Source of the DNA: Raillietiella orientalis
Taxonomy: Eukaryota
Direction: 5' to 3'
Assembly (NCBI GenBank): GCA_036172245.1
Contig: JAYWIR010000007.1
Span: 496,001-560,000, forward strand
Length of the DNA: 64,000 bases
Below the pieces are notes generated by a model, which made no database searches, was not told the DNA's origin, and saw nothing but the letters and a program-made list of their open reading frames with translations. The position numbers and the translations under genes are program-made. Positions 13,201 to 26,599 of the stretch are shown here, piece by piece; within the stretch, counting starts at the first letter, position 1; each line of letters opens with the position of its first letter.

Positions 13201-15916
13201 GAACTGACACGTTGAGCGTTTCCCAGTGCATCAGGCCTGGAACGAATCCGGAACCGGCAGCCTGTCTTCCCTCATCTTCGGGTGGTTTCCGGAAATTCCG
13301 TCGAGGCACGGATGAGGCAGGGGCGCTCACCTGACAGGTTTGCTCGCCGCTTTCTCATCGGGTCGACTGCTAGCAGTCATGTTTGTGGAGTAAGATCCAT
13401 TCTTCTCTTCACAAGTTGGTTCTTCTTGGAGGGAACGCCCGCCGTGTTTACTCAAGCGACGCCTGAAGACCCGCATGCTCGCCGATGAACAAGGGGTCAG
13501 TCTCTTTTAATTTACACAGAATCGGAAGAGCGGCGGCTGCCGCTCCCGGTTGCCGGAGCTACACGGTCTGTAGATCTCAGTCGCAAGTTTCCTTCTCTTC
13601 GCATGATCGAACCGGGAACCTTGTCCCTTCTTTCCAACGCTGACGTCGAAGGCGAGGAAGGCTCGTGCGGTGAGAAGGGATTTCAGCCGGGAAACCACAA
13701 GCACAGAGTGCAGACGCCCAATTTCGAAACCGTTCTCCCGAAGGTGCCTTTGACGGGAAGGAAATAAGAGAGGGAGAATCTTTGGGGTGCGTTCAGAAGA
13801 GTTTCCAATGCAGTCCCTCTTCATCCCCTGGGGATCGACCTTCCCTCCATTCCTTTTGCCCCGTGGTTCTCGTTCGAGGAGAACGATGCTTTGCTTTTCC
13901 AGATGCCTTACCTGTCTCTCGGGCCCCGAGCTTCACATCTCTTTCTCTCTGGCTCCATCTATGGCCCCTGTGTTCTCCGTTGCTTCTACCCCACTCTTCG
14001 AGTGTCATCCATCTCCTTCGCTGCCGGTTCGGCAGGCATAGTGACGGAGGGAAAGTCTTTTTTTTCTTTACCCCTTTCGGATGGAGTAACGAACGAAGGT
14101 AGAGGTGGTCTGCTTTGTGGATGCAGCCGCAATTTTCATTTCGTACTCCTTGTCGTGGAGACAAGACGGGGAGCAGCGTAGATCGCCCGGCGAGCTGAAG
14201 CCGCCCGTGCTTCATGGAACAACACGGAGAGAGGTAGAGGAGGTGGCAAGGATCAGGTTGCCCTGGGAGAAAAGCGTCGCCAGGAACGCCTCCTTCCTTC
14301 CCCTCCCCTAACTACTCCCTTATCCGGTGGCTGCCAGCGCGAATTTCGAGGCGGAGAAGGACGAATTTCTCCTCTCCTCCTTCCGAACCCACTTGGGGGA
14401 GAGGGGAAATTTTCCCCTGGCTGCGGACGGACTCGTACGTTACTCAGGGAGAAGCTCATCCCGTTGTCGTCATGGGTACGGCTGATTCAGCAGATGGGAA
14501 GCCATCCGTCCATCCCGCCTCCCCTCCCCGGTATGAGTGTCCTTTCCAAAGAAGCTTCGCCCACCCAACGGGGAACGCTGCACCGTCGCAGGACTCACGT
14601 GCAAGGCTACACCCCTCCGAGGAGAGAGGAGGTCCCTCCCATCTTCGAAAAGGGGAAAGAGGGGCTCTTCCACGCTGAGTCTCCCGAATCCTCCCAGGTT
14701 ACGTAAACGCTGAGCGGGTGCTCATCAGGACGCTCCCTCCCGTGGCGCGCTCCTCCTCGACGGCCTTCCCCAACCAACCGTCCTTGGTGGCTCCATCGTT
14801 CTTCTCCCGGCTCCCTCCCTTCCTACGCTTTCTTTTGCCATTCTCCCGCTCCTGCTTCCCCACTCCACCGGACGCCCTTTTCCATCTCGGCCTTCTTCCC
14901 ACGTGCGGAAATCGCGGCAAAACGTCAAACGCAGACAAAAAGGCAGGATCGAGCATCTCGCTGCCTCTTTGTCACCGGTTCCTCACTTCCGAGAGTCTGC
15001 GTCGCTCGAGGAGCCGCTGGCGCTCGCGAGTTCAGCTCGCCAATTGAATTTCGCTCGGTAGGCATTTCTTCTTCTTCCTCTTCCCCGCTTCGGTGTTTCG
15101 AAAAAAGAAGCCCTGGTCTGTTATGAAACGTATGGCTCGCAGCAAAAGCCAGACGCCTCCCTCAGGAAGGGAAGAGGAAACGAAACTGAAGAGGGATGGG
15201 ATCGAAGGATCCGGAACGTCTCCTTCTGCTTTCCCTACCCCCCCGTGAAGCCGGTGGAATCTCGAAACGCCAACCCGAGCCGCAAATCGGGCCGCCGTGC
15301 GAGTTCGGACCTGACAAGCGGACAGCAGCAATGTGGCTCGTTTTATGAACGGAAACGGGCGAGTTCATCAAGTGTTTCCCTCACTGGTCAGGTCGTGAGG
15401 CGTGCACGATCGATCCAGAGGCGACGGTGGCTTTCGGTGCCGGAAGTTCTCACGTGAGGTGGTGCCATGGGGAGGGGAGGGGAAGGGAAGGGGGAATGTT
15501 TAACCTGACTTACACATGACTTTCCCGAGAACCCACACTTCAAGGGGAGAGTACAGTTCAATCACTGCGGTTGGCAAACAAAAAAGCAGGACGAGAAGAT
15601 CAGCTACGCTAAGATTCAAAAGAAAGATATTTGTCGAATTTCTGAGCTCTTTGTTGATGGTCACTACAATCATTACAAGGAGATTTCCCGTGACTCCTGA
15701 CAAGAAGATCAGAGCGTAGAAAAACGTCCCAACGATCTGCATTTGGAAAGAAAAGTACTCGTTGGAACCTAACGGTCCTTCCTCCTGGTGGTGCTGACCA
15801 GATGTGTTCCATGTGGACGTTTCGGCGGATCCGGATGCAGCAAGCATCTCCATGCTTGCCGCCAGCTGCCGTGAGTTCTGGGAGGGAATGCTTTTTCCGT
15901 CACAACTTACCTCCAT
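10255..15916 (-). CDS. ETH receptor-like class A GPCR, paralog 2; complement(join(10255..10888,11056..11236,15514..15916)), ~405 aa
   Basis: Three exons join in frame with the same first two intron positions and phases as paralog 1 (T|GC Cys before TM3; GG|G in TM4). Motifs: RNSTNIFLLNLSVADLLV, NASVLTVIAISLERYYAIVHPL, RRRVVRMLAVVIFLFFLFHLPFK, MNSAVNPLVYSAMSTKFR. Minus-strand AATAAA at 10131-10136. Start could be a downstream ATG. Confidence 0.85.
12646..13143. repeat. Left arm of 498-bp inverted repeat (in GPCR-2 intron 1)
   Basis: Reverse complement of 14880-15377; mirrored ORFs 12692..12991(+) and 15032..15331(-) are identical except one residue (mismatch at 12933/15090). Confidence 0.95.
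14880..15377. repeat. Right arm of 498-bp inverted repeat
   Basis: Reverse complement of 12646-13143; spacer 13144-14879. Confidence 0.95.
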
Positions 15917-18900
15917 CGGCCGAACTGCCACCGAAGACAGATGCAAGGGTTGGACAGCAGAATCCCTGGAAGACTTCACGGGATTCACAGGCTTCTAGTC
16001 TCCTGGGGGCTGCGCGTCTCGGGAGGCGGACAGTGCGTTCTACCTTCCACTCCCTGAATCATAGGGAACCGTGACAACGATCCAACACTCGACGAAGGGG
16101 TCCTGGGGGCTACTGAGGATCTCCCTCCCCTCGGTGCAGGTGTCCTCCCTGCCTAACCCAACCCTTCCACCTCCCTCTGGAGACGCATGATGGCCGTCGG
16201 GTGCCACCGATATCCCTCTCCTCATTCCCTTCTCCGCTGCTCCGCTCCCGTGCTCTCTTCGCGTTTGCTGCTGCTTTCTCGTCGACGACGACCTTTGCCC
16301 ACGGGACTGCGGATAGCCAGAATTCCAAACGAGATGGGGTATTCCCTCAGCCTTCGTTGCCAAGCAGGAACCTTGCTCCGGGATCTAGAAAGTGCATTTT
16401 TTTCCCCTCTCTTCCTCTCTCATGAGGAACAGCATTCTGGGAGTCTCGAAAGAGATGGACAGAATTGGTCTCGGGGTTTGCAGGGTAGATCCGAGGGATC
16501 TGTTCTCTTGTGAGTCGCCTCTCTCCGTGGACCGGGATGGTTCCGGCTTGCTTCGAAAGGTACCCGCGTGAGTCAGTCAATGACCTGCACGACAAAGATG
16601 ATCGTCGAAGTCCGTCTGGCTGACGCGGACGGGTTGCCGAGAAAACCCTCTGCAAGGAGGGTGTGTCACTCGTTACTCAGTAGGCTGAGGTACTCAGCCC
16701 GAGCTGTGCCATTGGCGCAGGTGAGGGAAGGGAGAGGGGGATCTTGGGATCAGCATCTACTGGAGGAGAACGGAGCCGGAAGACGGAAAAATCCTCAGCG
16801 TCCTCTAGGTGCAGCATTCGCTCGCAATTTCCGACGGCTCCCGGCTATCGAATCCGACCTTTCCCAGTACAGGCTTTGAGAGCGGCTCCTCAGCGGTCTC
16901 ACGGAAACAGGTAGCAGACGGGATAGGGCAGGTGGAACTCTTCCTCATTCTTCCTGTTCGTGTCCTGTTCCTCTTTCTCCTTCTGTGGAAGAACGCAGGA
17001 AAGGATGCGCGGTACAGGAATCATCCAGGCGTCCTCTGCGGCGGCTGGATGGAAAGTCGGGATACAGAGGATCCGCAGAGGGAATTAGGGAGAAAGTGTC
17101 AAGCCGCCATTGCAAAGGGGAAGAGCAACATCTGAACCACTTGCCTACGAGCACAGTAGGGGTGGTGAGACTCTGTCCTAAGGACAGAGAGGGCAGACGG
17201 CTTCCAGAAGTCTCTCTGCTTCTCATGGAGAGATCAGAAGCGTTCCAGGAGGACCTACTTCTAACTCGTGCTTGACCTTTTCTCTGCAGGGCCGATGGCA
17301 GCAGACTCCTTCTCGTAACCTGGATCTCACAGTTCCTTGTGCAAGGGAAGGGAAGAAAGCGAGCTGCCCTTCCTCTAGGACTGGATGAGAAATCGTGCCC
17401 GAGGGAAGAAGGGCCTCTCTCCGGATCTTTCCCGAGTGCGATCCCGGGGGGGTCAAATGTTCTTTAAGAACATTTTCGCCCTGTGTCAAGATCCAGATTT
17501 ACGAAGGTGAGGTAGAGAGAGGGAAGTTGACCTGAAATCGGTGGCCCACGGCGATTCAGCAGGAGCTCCACCGGCTGGGCAGCACATGAGACTCGCGCTA
17601 GATGTCTTCATCCCTCCCTGCCGCACGAACCCCACACGTCTATGAGGAGTGCAGGCATATAAATTTCTTGAGAAGAGCCATCAAGAACATATTTCCTGAG
17701 GGAAAGGGCGCTGCGTGGCATGTGCAACCCGGAGCTCGGCCGGAGTCCGTTCTGAATGGCTGATGCCTTCGCAGCCAACACATCACCACGGAAGCTGATT
17801 CTGATAGGAATGGCAAAAGTCTTGTTGATACTTCTCCTTTTCTTCCTCCCAGGGGTTATCCTCCTGCTGACATGTGACCCAAACGTGTGGTGTCGACACT
17901 TAACATCTGACCTTCGGGTGACGACGCATTGGCGTCTCCGCCGCCAGGCATTTTCTTTCTGCCGTCACTCCGCCGGAAGGAACGAACAGGAAAGGGTTCT
18001 CCCAGCCTCAGGAAATTTCCCAAAGGCTTCGCATCTGTGTACGAGTGACTGCTCACGAAAGCGGACCACGAGAGTGGCGTGGTTTCCGTGACTCCAGGAG
18101 GCAAATTCAGATCCTATCCCAGAGGGACCGATTCTGTCCTGGAGCGACTGATGTGAAGTTCACTGGATGACAGGACACACCCTGACCCTTCGGTCGCGAC
18201 TGCTGCTTCTCCTGACAGTCTTCCCACGTGACACCCACGCTATTGTTCCAAGTCGACACGGAGGCCTCACCTGACCAGCACCAATGGAATGCCCGCGTTC
18301 GTCCTCCTTGCGGCCTCAAATGGCACCTCCTGTTTTTTCCAGCCTTTCGTGAGCGGAATCGTCCCTAACGTGCGTTACTGGCAGCCTCGCCAAAAAAATC
18401 TACGAGGCGTGGCACTCCTAGGATTCCTCCTCCGTTTCTCCAGGACTCTGTCTTTCATTTTGTCTCATTCAACCTCATCCTCTTTGCTTTCCGAGTTGTT
18501 CAGATAACCCCCAGAGGGGTTGAAGCAGACAGGACAAAGACAGAGCCTAAAAAACGCCGGCAGACTTCTGTCCTCTCCTTTCGACCACCATGGGGGATGA
18601 TGCTGGCGAAACCAGGACAAGACGTGTAAGCATTCTGGCCTTTGCCGCTCCCCTCCATGCTTGGAGCTTGGCTGGATGCTTCCTGATCGCGAATTCACGG
18701 GACGGTGCTTTTCCCGTTGGCCTCACTCAGTGAACGGGATGAATGGTCAGCAGGCGGACTTTGCGACCTTGCTTTTCTCCAGAAGCATTAACTTTCCCCT
18801 CCACTGCAAGAGACGCAGTGCAGTACGCACGGTTTCCGTGTTCCGCTTCGTCATGCCCGGTGTCGGCGACGACATGAGGAGAGAGGTGTTTCGCTCAGGT

Positions 18901-21900
18901 CCCTGTTGGTTCTGGATTCGGTTCCGCGCTTGCTGGGCCCAACTGGCGCGCAACAACAGGCAGAGAAGAAACTGGCTGGTCCAGTCGAATCCCTCCGTCT
19001 CCTCCGGTTTCCTAACTCGGCTGTTTGAGGAACGGCGCGACGGAGAGCGATCGACAGGAAGAGAGCTGGGCTGCGTCCTACAGGTGTCCCTTTCCTGAGA
19101 TTGCCACGTCGGCAGGCAGTCTTCTCGGGGACAGGGTTTTCCCGATGTGTGCTTCTGCAAGCGCTTTCGGCTGAGAGCCTTCGATTGGTGAAGTGACCAC
19201 ACGGACGTGCACGGCGTCGCGTGTGCGCTTTCGAGGACCACGCGCAGGCAGTAACGTGGCTGGCGCTTGGCAGAACAAGTCGTCCTGGATCGTCCCTTCC
19301 GGAGATGACCTTCGAAAACTCGTGACTGCGTGACATCCGCATGCCAAAGGGGGATGTGCAGATATGCGAATCAACTCCCCTCGCACCGTCGCAGGTAAAT
19401 TATCGGAAGTTCGCGCACGGTGACCATCCATTTTGCAGCCTTTTTCTTCCAGAGAGCACATGGAACGATAGAAATGATTCATCGCTTCGGAACGGTCGGT
19501 GGAAATATGGAAACAGTGGGCGTTCCGCACGCAGATAGGATAAATCTCTAACAGTCGTGTTCATTTGGGCTTTTATTGGATTTATGCTTCTCGGAGAAGC
19601 GGCCTGCTCCCCAGAAGCCACGGTCCCAGAGTCGGAATGCTTGCAGGCCGTTTCCGTGGTTCGTCTTTCTGCCGCGGAAACTTTTTTCTTGCTTTTCCGG
19701 TGGAAACAGTTCGAACAGATGCAGTCGAATGAGGCCGCTGGGAACGAAGGCTACTTTGTCTTGGATGCAGGGGATACGCTGCCCGCGCTAGATTCCTGCT
19801 TGAAACGGAGCTCGCGTTTTAAAACGCTCTGTGCACCTGGCCCACTGCCACACGGATGCGGAGGAGCATCTCTGGCGGTTCCGTTCGCCAAGCGCGCAAT
19901 CTGGCTGGCTTTCCTGCCCTGGGGCACCGGAACCCGCTCTCTGTTTCCGTTTCCGGCTGTTGGGAACATCGCAACTTTTGCAGCTGTTCCTCGAGTCCTG
20001 ACCTCCGATTCGTCCACCTTTGAGGAGGCTTCGGTCTGACGATCCATCTCGAGCATGGAATTTCCGCTGCCCCCACCCGGAGCTTCCAGAAAAACGGGGG
20101 TTGCGACAAGCCCACGGTGGTGATAGCAATGACCGAAAGACCAGACTCGACAACCAGTCCTCGAAAACACTCTCCCACCGAAAAATCAGGCATCGAGTAA
20201 ACGCCGGAACTACCAGAGTCAGGAACCTATGGGGTTTCATCCATCGTGCCAACTCTCCGGTTCCTTCGTGCACCGTGGGTGCCATCTCCGGATGTTTGAA
20301 AGAGAAATTCGAGAAAGTTTTGCGAGTAGATGCTAGAAGAGAAAAACAGTGCACTTCCTAGCTTTTTTTCAGGAGAGAGAGAGCGGGAGAGAAAAAAAAA
20401 TGCCGCATGTCACATCTGGCATTGTGGTTGTCAGGTGTGGAGTGGTTAGCCTAGGCTCATCCTTGCCCACTCGGGCGTCGTCCCAGTGTAAAATCTGTGG
20501 GGAAAAAAGAATCCTCCGAACAAGATCCCTCTGCTTGAAGGACTGATTTTCCCGAAGAACGTGTTCCAGGATTCGGGATCCGAGCACTGAAGGCGAGGGC
20601 CTGGATGGAAGTCCACTCCTGTGGTTCCAGTGGACCAGCGGCAGACCTGACGGGACAAGGAGAGGACCAGTCGCTCCTGCAAGCGGCGCTTCTTTCAAGG
20701 ACCACTGAAACGCCGTTTTCGGAAACGAGAAAGGGATGGCTAGGGATGGGTGAGTTCACAGTTCTTGTAGGAGAGAGAGAAAGAGAACCGTGCAACGACG
20801 GCCCCCAAACAGGAAGTTTCGAAACCGTTTCGTTGTGGTGAGTCGAAGTGGTCATGGAGATGCATCTGACCCCGTGCTTTTACCTATTCTGCACTGAGGT
20901 CTTTCCCTCCTCCTTTAGGAAGGGCAGCAGAGGTCGTGGGGAGGAAGGAGGAAGGCGGCAGCGCGTGGGATGCCTCTGAGAACAGTGCCGGACGTGGCAA
21001 CGGCAGAGATCATGGCGGCGCTCGAGCCGTCCCTTCCACCTGTGCCTCACCCCCTCGCCCTGGGACTCTATACCCTTCCTCCCCACCTCCACCCCACTCA
21101 CTCGTCTCCCGAAGTCCGTCGAGGCAGTCCAGGAGGAACTCATGGTCGCGTCCATTTGTCCCGCCTTACCACGGGCGACCAGGTGAGACGCCATCCCCCG
21201 GGACCACGGGGCCAGCTCCCGCCAGAGAGAGCGTGCACGCAAGAGCGTGTCTCTCCCCCCCCCCCCTTCCCTCTCCTCCTCCTCGCGGCAATTGTGAGAA
21301 ACGAAGGCACTTACTCTGCTTCCCGGACGGGCAACGGGACGAAAGGCGACGCACCGCAGAGGCTCAGAACCGGTCACTGAGTGTGGCGGGACACGTCCCC
21401 GGCTTCTGCGACTTGATCCCGCTGGGATCCTCCGCTTCCTTCTCCCTCCCGCTTCCTGAGGTGCTCCGCCGACGGAACGGTCGTCTCTCTGCGCATGGAT
21501 TCTGCGCAGGCGACTCTTCCCCTTCCCCCTTTCCCTCATCCGATCCTCCGATTCTCTTTTCCTGGAGAACCTGGAGAGGCTACGGCAGAGATGGCAAGGA
21601 AAAGGAAGAGGGAAGAAGCAGAGAGAAACTAGGAGAAGTAGGGAAGAGTGGATATTCCGAAGAGTCTCTGTTAGATTCGCTGGATGCTGCCGAGGAGTCT
21701 CCCTTTCCTGGCTCTTCCCAGTTTGGCAACGGAATCGGCATGCCGTCTCTGGGAAGCGGATGGTCGGAAGCGCGCCAGGAGGAATGACCGATCCGCCGGA
21801 AGTCATTGGAACCAGAGATAAGGGCCGCCTCCTTGCCACAAGTCTTTCCTCCCTCCCTCCCTCCCTCTCTCCCCTCCTTTCCCTTCCGCTCCCGCGAACC

Positions 21901-24108
21901 GCCGCTAGAGGAGGATGGAGGACGAGCGGTCCCGCATTGCAGCAAAGCAGGGAGAGGGGAGAGAGGTCGTTCCTCCTCCCGAGGTCACTGATGGCCGCCT
22001 CGGAAGCCCTCGAGGGAACCTCTGCGAGCACTCGAATAACCCTCCTCTCCCTGCTGATTCGGCCATCCGACGCGAAGCATCCGCCCTCTCACCCGTCCTG
22101 GGGCCTCCGGCCCGGTCTCCATTTGGGGAAAGGGGACGGCGCTCTCTGGAATGAATAAGGAAGAGGAGGAGCGAATGTCGAATCGTTCGCTCTTCCTTGA
22201 ATCCCCTGTGGCAACCCCGAGGATCCCCTGGATTTCCACGCTCCCTTTCCAAGGGACTCTGGACTTTTTCCCTGTTATTTTCCAGCGGTGGTGCCCGCGA
22301 AATAGGTCACTCCAGGCCACCGCTCCACCCCAATCCCTTCTTTCTGTTTCCGGCCGCCACCCTCGGAGAATCTCACTTTCGTACGGCGCCGGCGTCCACT
22401 TGGTTCTCAGCAGGTCCTCCCTTGCCCAGCGTGTCCTACAACCCTCCCTCCCGTACACGGGAGAACGGAAAAGTCCGCCCTCCCTTCCCCTCCCTCAGAA
22501 CTCTCTTGTCTTCCCGAAAGGCGTGATCTCACGTTGGAAGGCCTTGGTCCCTTCAATAGGGGAGGCGAGGCAGCGGTGGCACCGAAAGGACGTGCGAGGG
22601 TCATCTGGAAGAGACAGAGGTTCCTAGAAACCGCAGGGCTCAGAGGAACCAGCGGCTCCGGGACAGTTGCAGTGGACACCCTAGAGAGAAGCGAGAAATC
22701 TACCCCTTCCTTCTCTCTTTCCCCTCTATCTCGAAATCCCTTTTTCTCTTATCCAGGTCCGTCAGTCCTTCCCCTCTTCGTCCTCGTGCTCTGGCAGCTT
22801 CGGGAGGGGTCCCTCTCCCTTAACGAGTGGCCATGGCAGAAGCCAAGGAAAATGGGGAGGCAACAGGTGAGACGGGAGGGAGCACCGGGACCAGCTCCGT
22901 AGGTCGGTGCCGCTCCTTATCCTGTTCTCCCAAACGGGATCATCATCGGCCTTTGGGCAAAACGTCCCGAGGAGAACGCGCATTACCGAAAGCCGCCGTC
23001 GCTTATTGCGCCATCTCGTAGCCGAGTCGGTAACTGCGAAGCGTCGCTTCGTACATATGTCAGTGGCAGCTTGGGAGTCCCCTTGGCAGCAATAAATCCT
23101 GGTTTCTTTTTCATCTCCGGGACACCCAGGAGACCCCCTTATCCCTTCTCTCTGCTCCTCGAGAGTGTCTCGGAAGTCCCGGACGTGCGAAAGGAGGAGT
23201 GTTGCTAGGAGGTTGCACCGACGTAGATGCGAGCGCCTCCCTTCCAGAATTCGCGTTTCCTTGAGATTCCGTGGAAGGGAACGAGAACTGCTGTGCTCCA
23301 GAGATCCCGGTACCCTGCTGCTTCCATTACGTGGCCCCTCCCCTTACCTCCGCGGAAGCCGCGAGAAAACAAGCCTGTTCCCCAAGGAGGACAGGCGTGG
23401 TGCAGGGAAGGTGCCGGGAAGAAGGGCGTGCGCCTTTCATCCCGGCGGAGCGTCCCTTCCGGTGCGCCGATCGAGAGAAAAGGCGGGAAGGACGGGGTCG
23501 GGTGAAATCTGGGCGCTCCACAGACGTGGGAGGGTGTCACCCCGGTACTGGTGGCGCCTTCAGCGGACCCTGCGCCTTGCTGCGGCGCAATGGCGCTCTC
23601 GTCGTGCAGCCTGCCGGAGGGCCGACCCTGTTGACCCCTGGGAGCAAAGGGAACTTACTCCCTCCGGCTTTTCGTCCCCCAAGCTTTCCAAGGTAGCCGG
23701 GGGTGTCCCCGGGAGCGCTAATGACTCAGTCCTCTCCTGCAGTCTCTCCCGAAGGACGGGACGATTCCCGGAACCTCCTCGTCCACGCGGCCGAATCCCC
23801 GACTTTGCAGAAGCGGGAAAAGGCGCCGCCCCGCGCACCTGCTGGCACCCAGGTGGAGGAGGCAAGAAACGCGGCGGAAGTGGGTTTTGCAGTTCTCTCG
23901 GGCGGCTCTCTGGGGGAGTTCGCACTCCCGGGAAGGAGGATCCTCTGGAATCCAGGCGAGGTGCGGGAACGAAGCTTCTTTATTGCTCCCGGCCGGGGCC
24001 GAGGAAATGCCGGTGGTTTCGTTCGGATGCCCCTCGGAGCGGTGCCCACCGGCCCTGCATGCTCCGGGAAGGGTCGTCCTGGAGGAGGGAGCGGCAGCAA
24101 CCCGCTGC

Positions 24109-24810
24109 TTACCAGGCCACCACGGGGCTCGCACCGAAGACGTCCCAGGCGACCTCTTCGCTGCCACTCTCCTGGGAGGCGTCCAGGCCCCAGTCGGCGT
24201 CCAGGACGTGCCCCAGGGAGAGCGCACAGCCCCTGGGCTCGCAAGGCACAGGAGGCCCTAGCGTGTCCCGGGGCTCCCTGCGGTTGCAGCCGGGGGGTAT
24301 GTCCTGGGGCAACGACCTGCAAGGAGCACTCACGAGAAGAGGACCTTCAGCAGCTCCTGAGAGAAGGACGTCCCCCGGAGGCTACTGCTCTCGCAGATGA
24401 ACCTGCGCAGGCAGGAGTCCCCGTCCTGGTGAAGCAGGGAGGAGAGGACGTTGCCAAGGAAACGGAAGGCGTCCTCCCGGCTGGTTCGCATCTTCCTGGA
24501 AAGCAGGATCCACGTCGTGGGCGAAGCCGGAGGGGCGGAGCAGAGTCCCATGGGGAGATTCCACCCTCCTCCCATCCCCCGCCTCCCCGGGAAGAGAGGT
24601 AGGGGAGTAGCTGGGAGAGGGAGGATCCTCCCTGGACAACCGGAGTTACCTGCTGCTGGAAGCGGCATCCACGATGAGCGTGTCCAGCAAGATGACGTAG
24701 GCGAAGGTGGGGAGAGCAGGGGAGCTGAGGTAACTCGGCTTGGTCACTCCAATGACCTCCACGTCCACGGATACGCTGGTGAGCAGGTGCGGTCTCGAGG
24801 TGATGGACAT
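24109..24810 (-). CDS. DM4/DM12-domain protein A (subtype 2); complement(join(24109..24277,24334..24495,24650..24810)); 5' end unresolved
   Basis: Core exon REDAFRFLGNVLSSLLHQDGDSCLRRFICES...QELLKVLFS; upstream exon with RPHLLTSVSV...YVILLDTLIVD; last exon PCEPRGCALS; phase-2 GT-AG introns; minus-strand AATAAA at 23979-23984. Confidence 0.75.
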
Positions 24811-26599
24811 GCCGAAGGCGCCTTTGGAGGAGAGGGAGGGCTGTCAGCCACGCCGGCGTAGGAACGACCGCCACCTTGTGCCAGGAATGCCGCGTGCTGC
24901 TGGGGCTCTCCTATTCGGAAATCCAGGGGGGGACCCTCGCGAGAGAAAGCTGGCGCGGTGCTCCCTTGGATCGCCCAGCCGGGCTTGGCCTCCCTCTTCA
25001 CGCTGCAGAAGCGTGCTGCCGCCTGCAGGCGCGCGGGCGCTCTGTGTGGAAGGGAGGATGGGGGGAGAAGGGGGAGTTCGTTCAAGAGCAGCAGCAGCAA
25101 TTTGACGCTGACACAAGGATCGAATGACACTGCAGTCTGTCCGCCCGGAGGACCTCGCGCCCGCAGGCGCCTCGCCGTCCCGGAAGGCGATGTTCCCAGC
25201 TCGCCGCTTCCGGCGACGCGCCGATTCTGCCGAGAGCTGCCGCGAAGAATCTCCCTGACCTTTCCGACGGGAGGTGCGCCGCTGCGAGCCATGACTGCGC
25301 ACCCAGACGGTGCTGACTTCTTCCACCTAAATTTGCAATTTGCAACATTTTTTTCTTCCTTTTTTGTTGCCCTGCATTCCACGAGCGCCATCGTCTGATT
25401 GCGCCCAGTCCAGTCATTAAGCTCGTTAACTTGGAGTCTGTAGTCATGCCAGGGCTGGGAGTCGGCTGGAAGGGGGATGGATGGAAACATCGATTTCGTT
25501 CATTCCTTGACAGTGGCGCTTGACTACACGAAGATGGCTGCAGCAGCCATCGTCCCTAACGGCCTCGTGGACCCATGGCTCGCGGCACCCTAGCTCACTC
25601 CTCCCAACCGTCATGCGGACGTCCTCGCATGTCCAGTTCAGCCGAGTCCAGTCCAGTCGCGCGTGTCACACCCGCAGCTCTTTCTTGGCGTCTCGAGAGA
25701 CCCTCCGGGTCCTTTTCCTGTCTTCCCTGCTGTCCTTCTAGCTTTTTTTTAGTTTTCTTTTGGTTCGCAGAGTACCTCAAGGACCGTCGCGCCCCTGGCG
25801 GCAGCACAGCAGCTCTTTAACTCTGATCCACGCCACCCGAGGGTGCATGCAATTCTTCAAGGTAAGGAGTACCCCGGGAGGATCACCCTATGCATCCAGA
25901 AAGGGATCCGGAGGGTAGAGTCCATTCCTTTCACGCCTGAGAGGGAGCCCAGAAAAGAAATCTTTTTTATTCTTTCTGGAGAGACCCCTGAACGGGTCCG
26001 CTCCCTTTTTCTTCTCCTCTGAAGAGAACCCCTAAGGGAGACTTCCGAATTTTCTCTGGAGGGCGCTCCCCGAAGGGAGCGGTGCGCTTCTCTGCACTCT
26101 GGAGATATATCATCAATCCACCAGCTCCATGGTACGAGACGGAGAATCCATCCACGAGGGGGGAGGAACGGCTCCTCCGCACAACCTGAGGGGAACCCCG
26201 AAGGGAAGAGGACTGCTTGATTCTGTTTCCTGAAAGGACTTTGGAGGGTCAACTCCCGATCCCGGCCACTCATCGTGGGGATCCGGTATGAACCTCTACC
26301 GTTGCCACACCCGAAGTCCAGCCAGAGCCACCTTTCAGGGATAACTCACGACGCCATCCCCCATCTCTGGGAGCCGACTCTTTCCGAGTATTCGAACCCG
26401 CAACGCTTGGTGGTGCCACTCACGGAGACCGTGACCACTTGGCCTCCGACGCAGTCACTAAGCTCCATGGTATGGGATGGGTACGCGGAGGGGAAGGGGA
26501 GGGTCCACCTCTCTTTTGCACAACCCGAGGGGAGTTCCCACCCCTTGATTCTGTTTCCTGGAAAGACTCCGGAAGGTCAACTTGCGATCCGGCCAGCCA

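Noticed and set aside
17658..18091. TATAAA followed by an ORF with hydrophobic stretch MAKVLLILLLFFLPGVILLL
   Set aside because: The hydrophobicity derives from a pyrimidine tract; no homology or downstream exon support.
26295..26330. Minus-strand LDFGCGNG, like a SAM-methyltransferase motif I
   Set aside because: In-frame stop just upstream and no further methyltransferase motifs.
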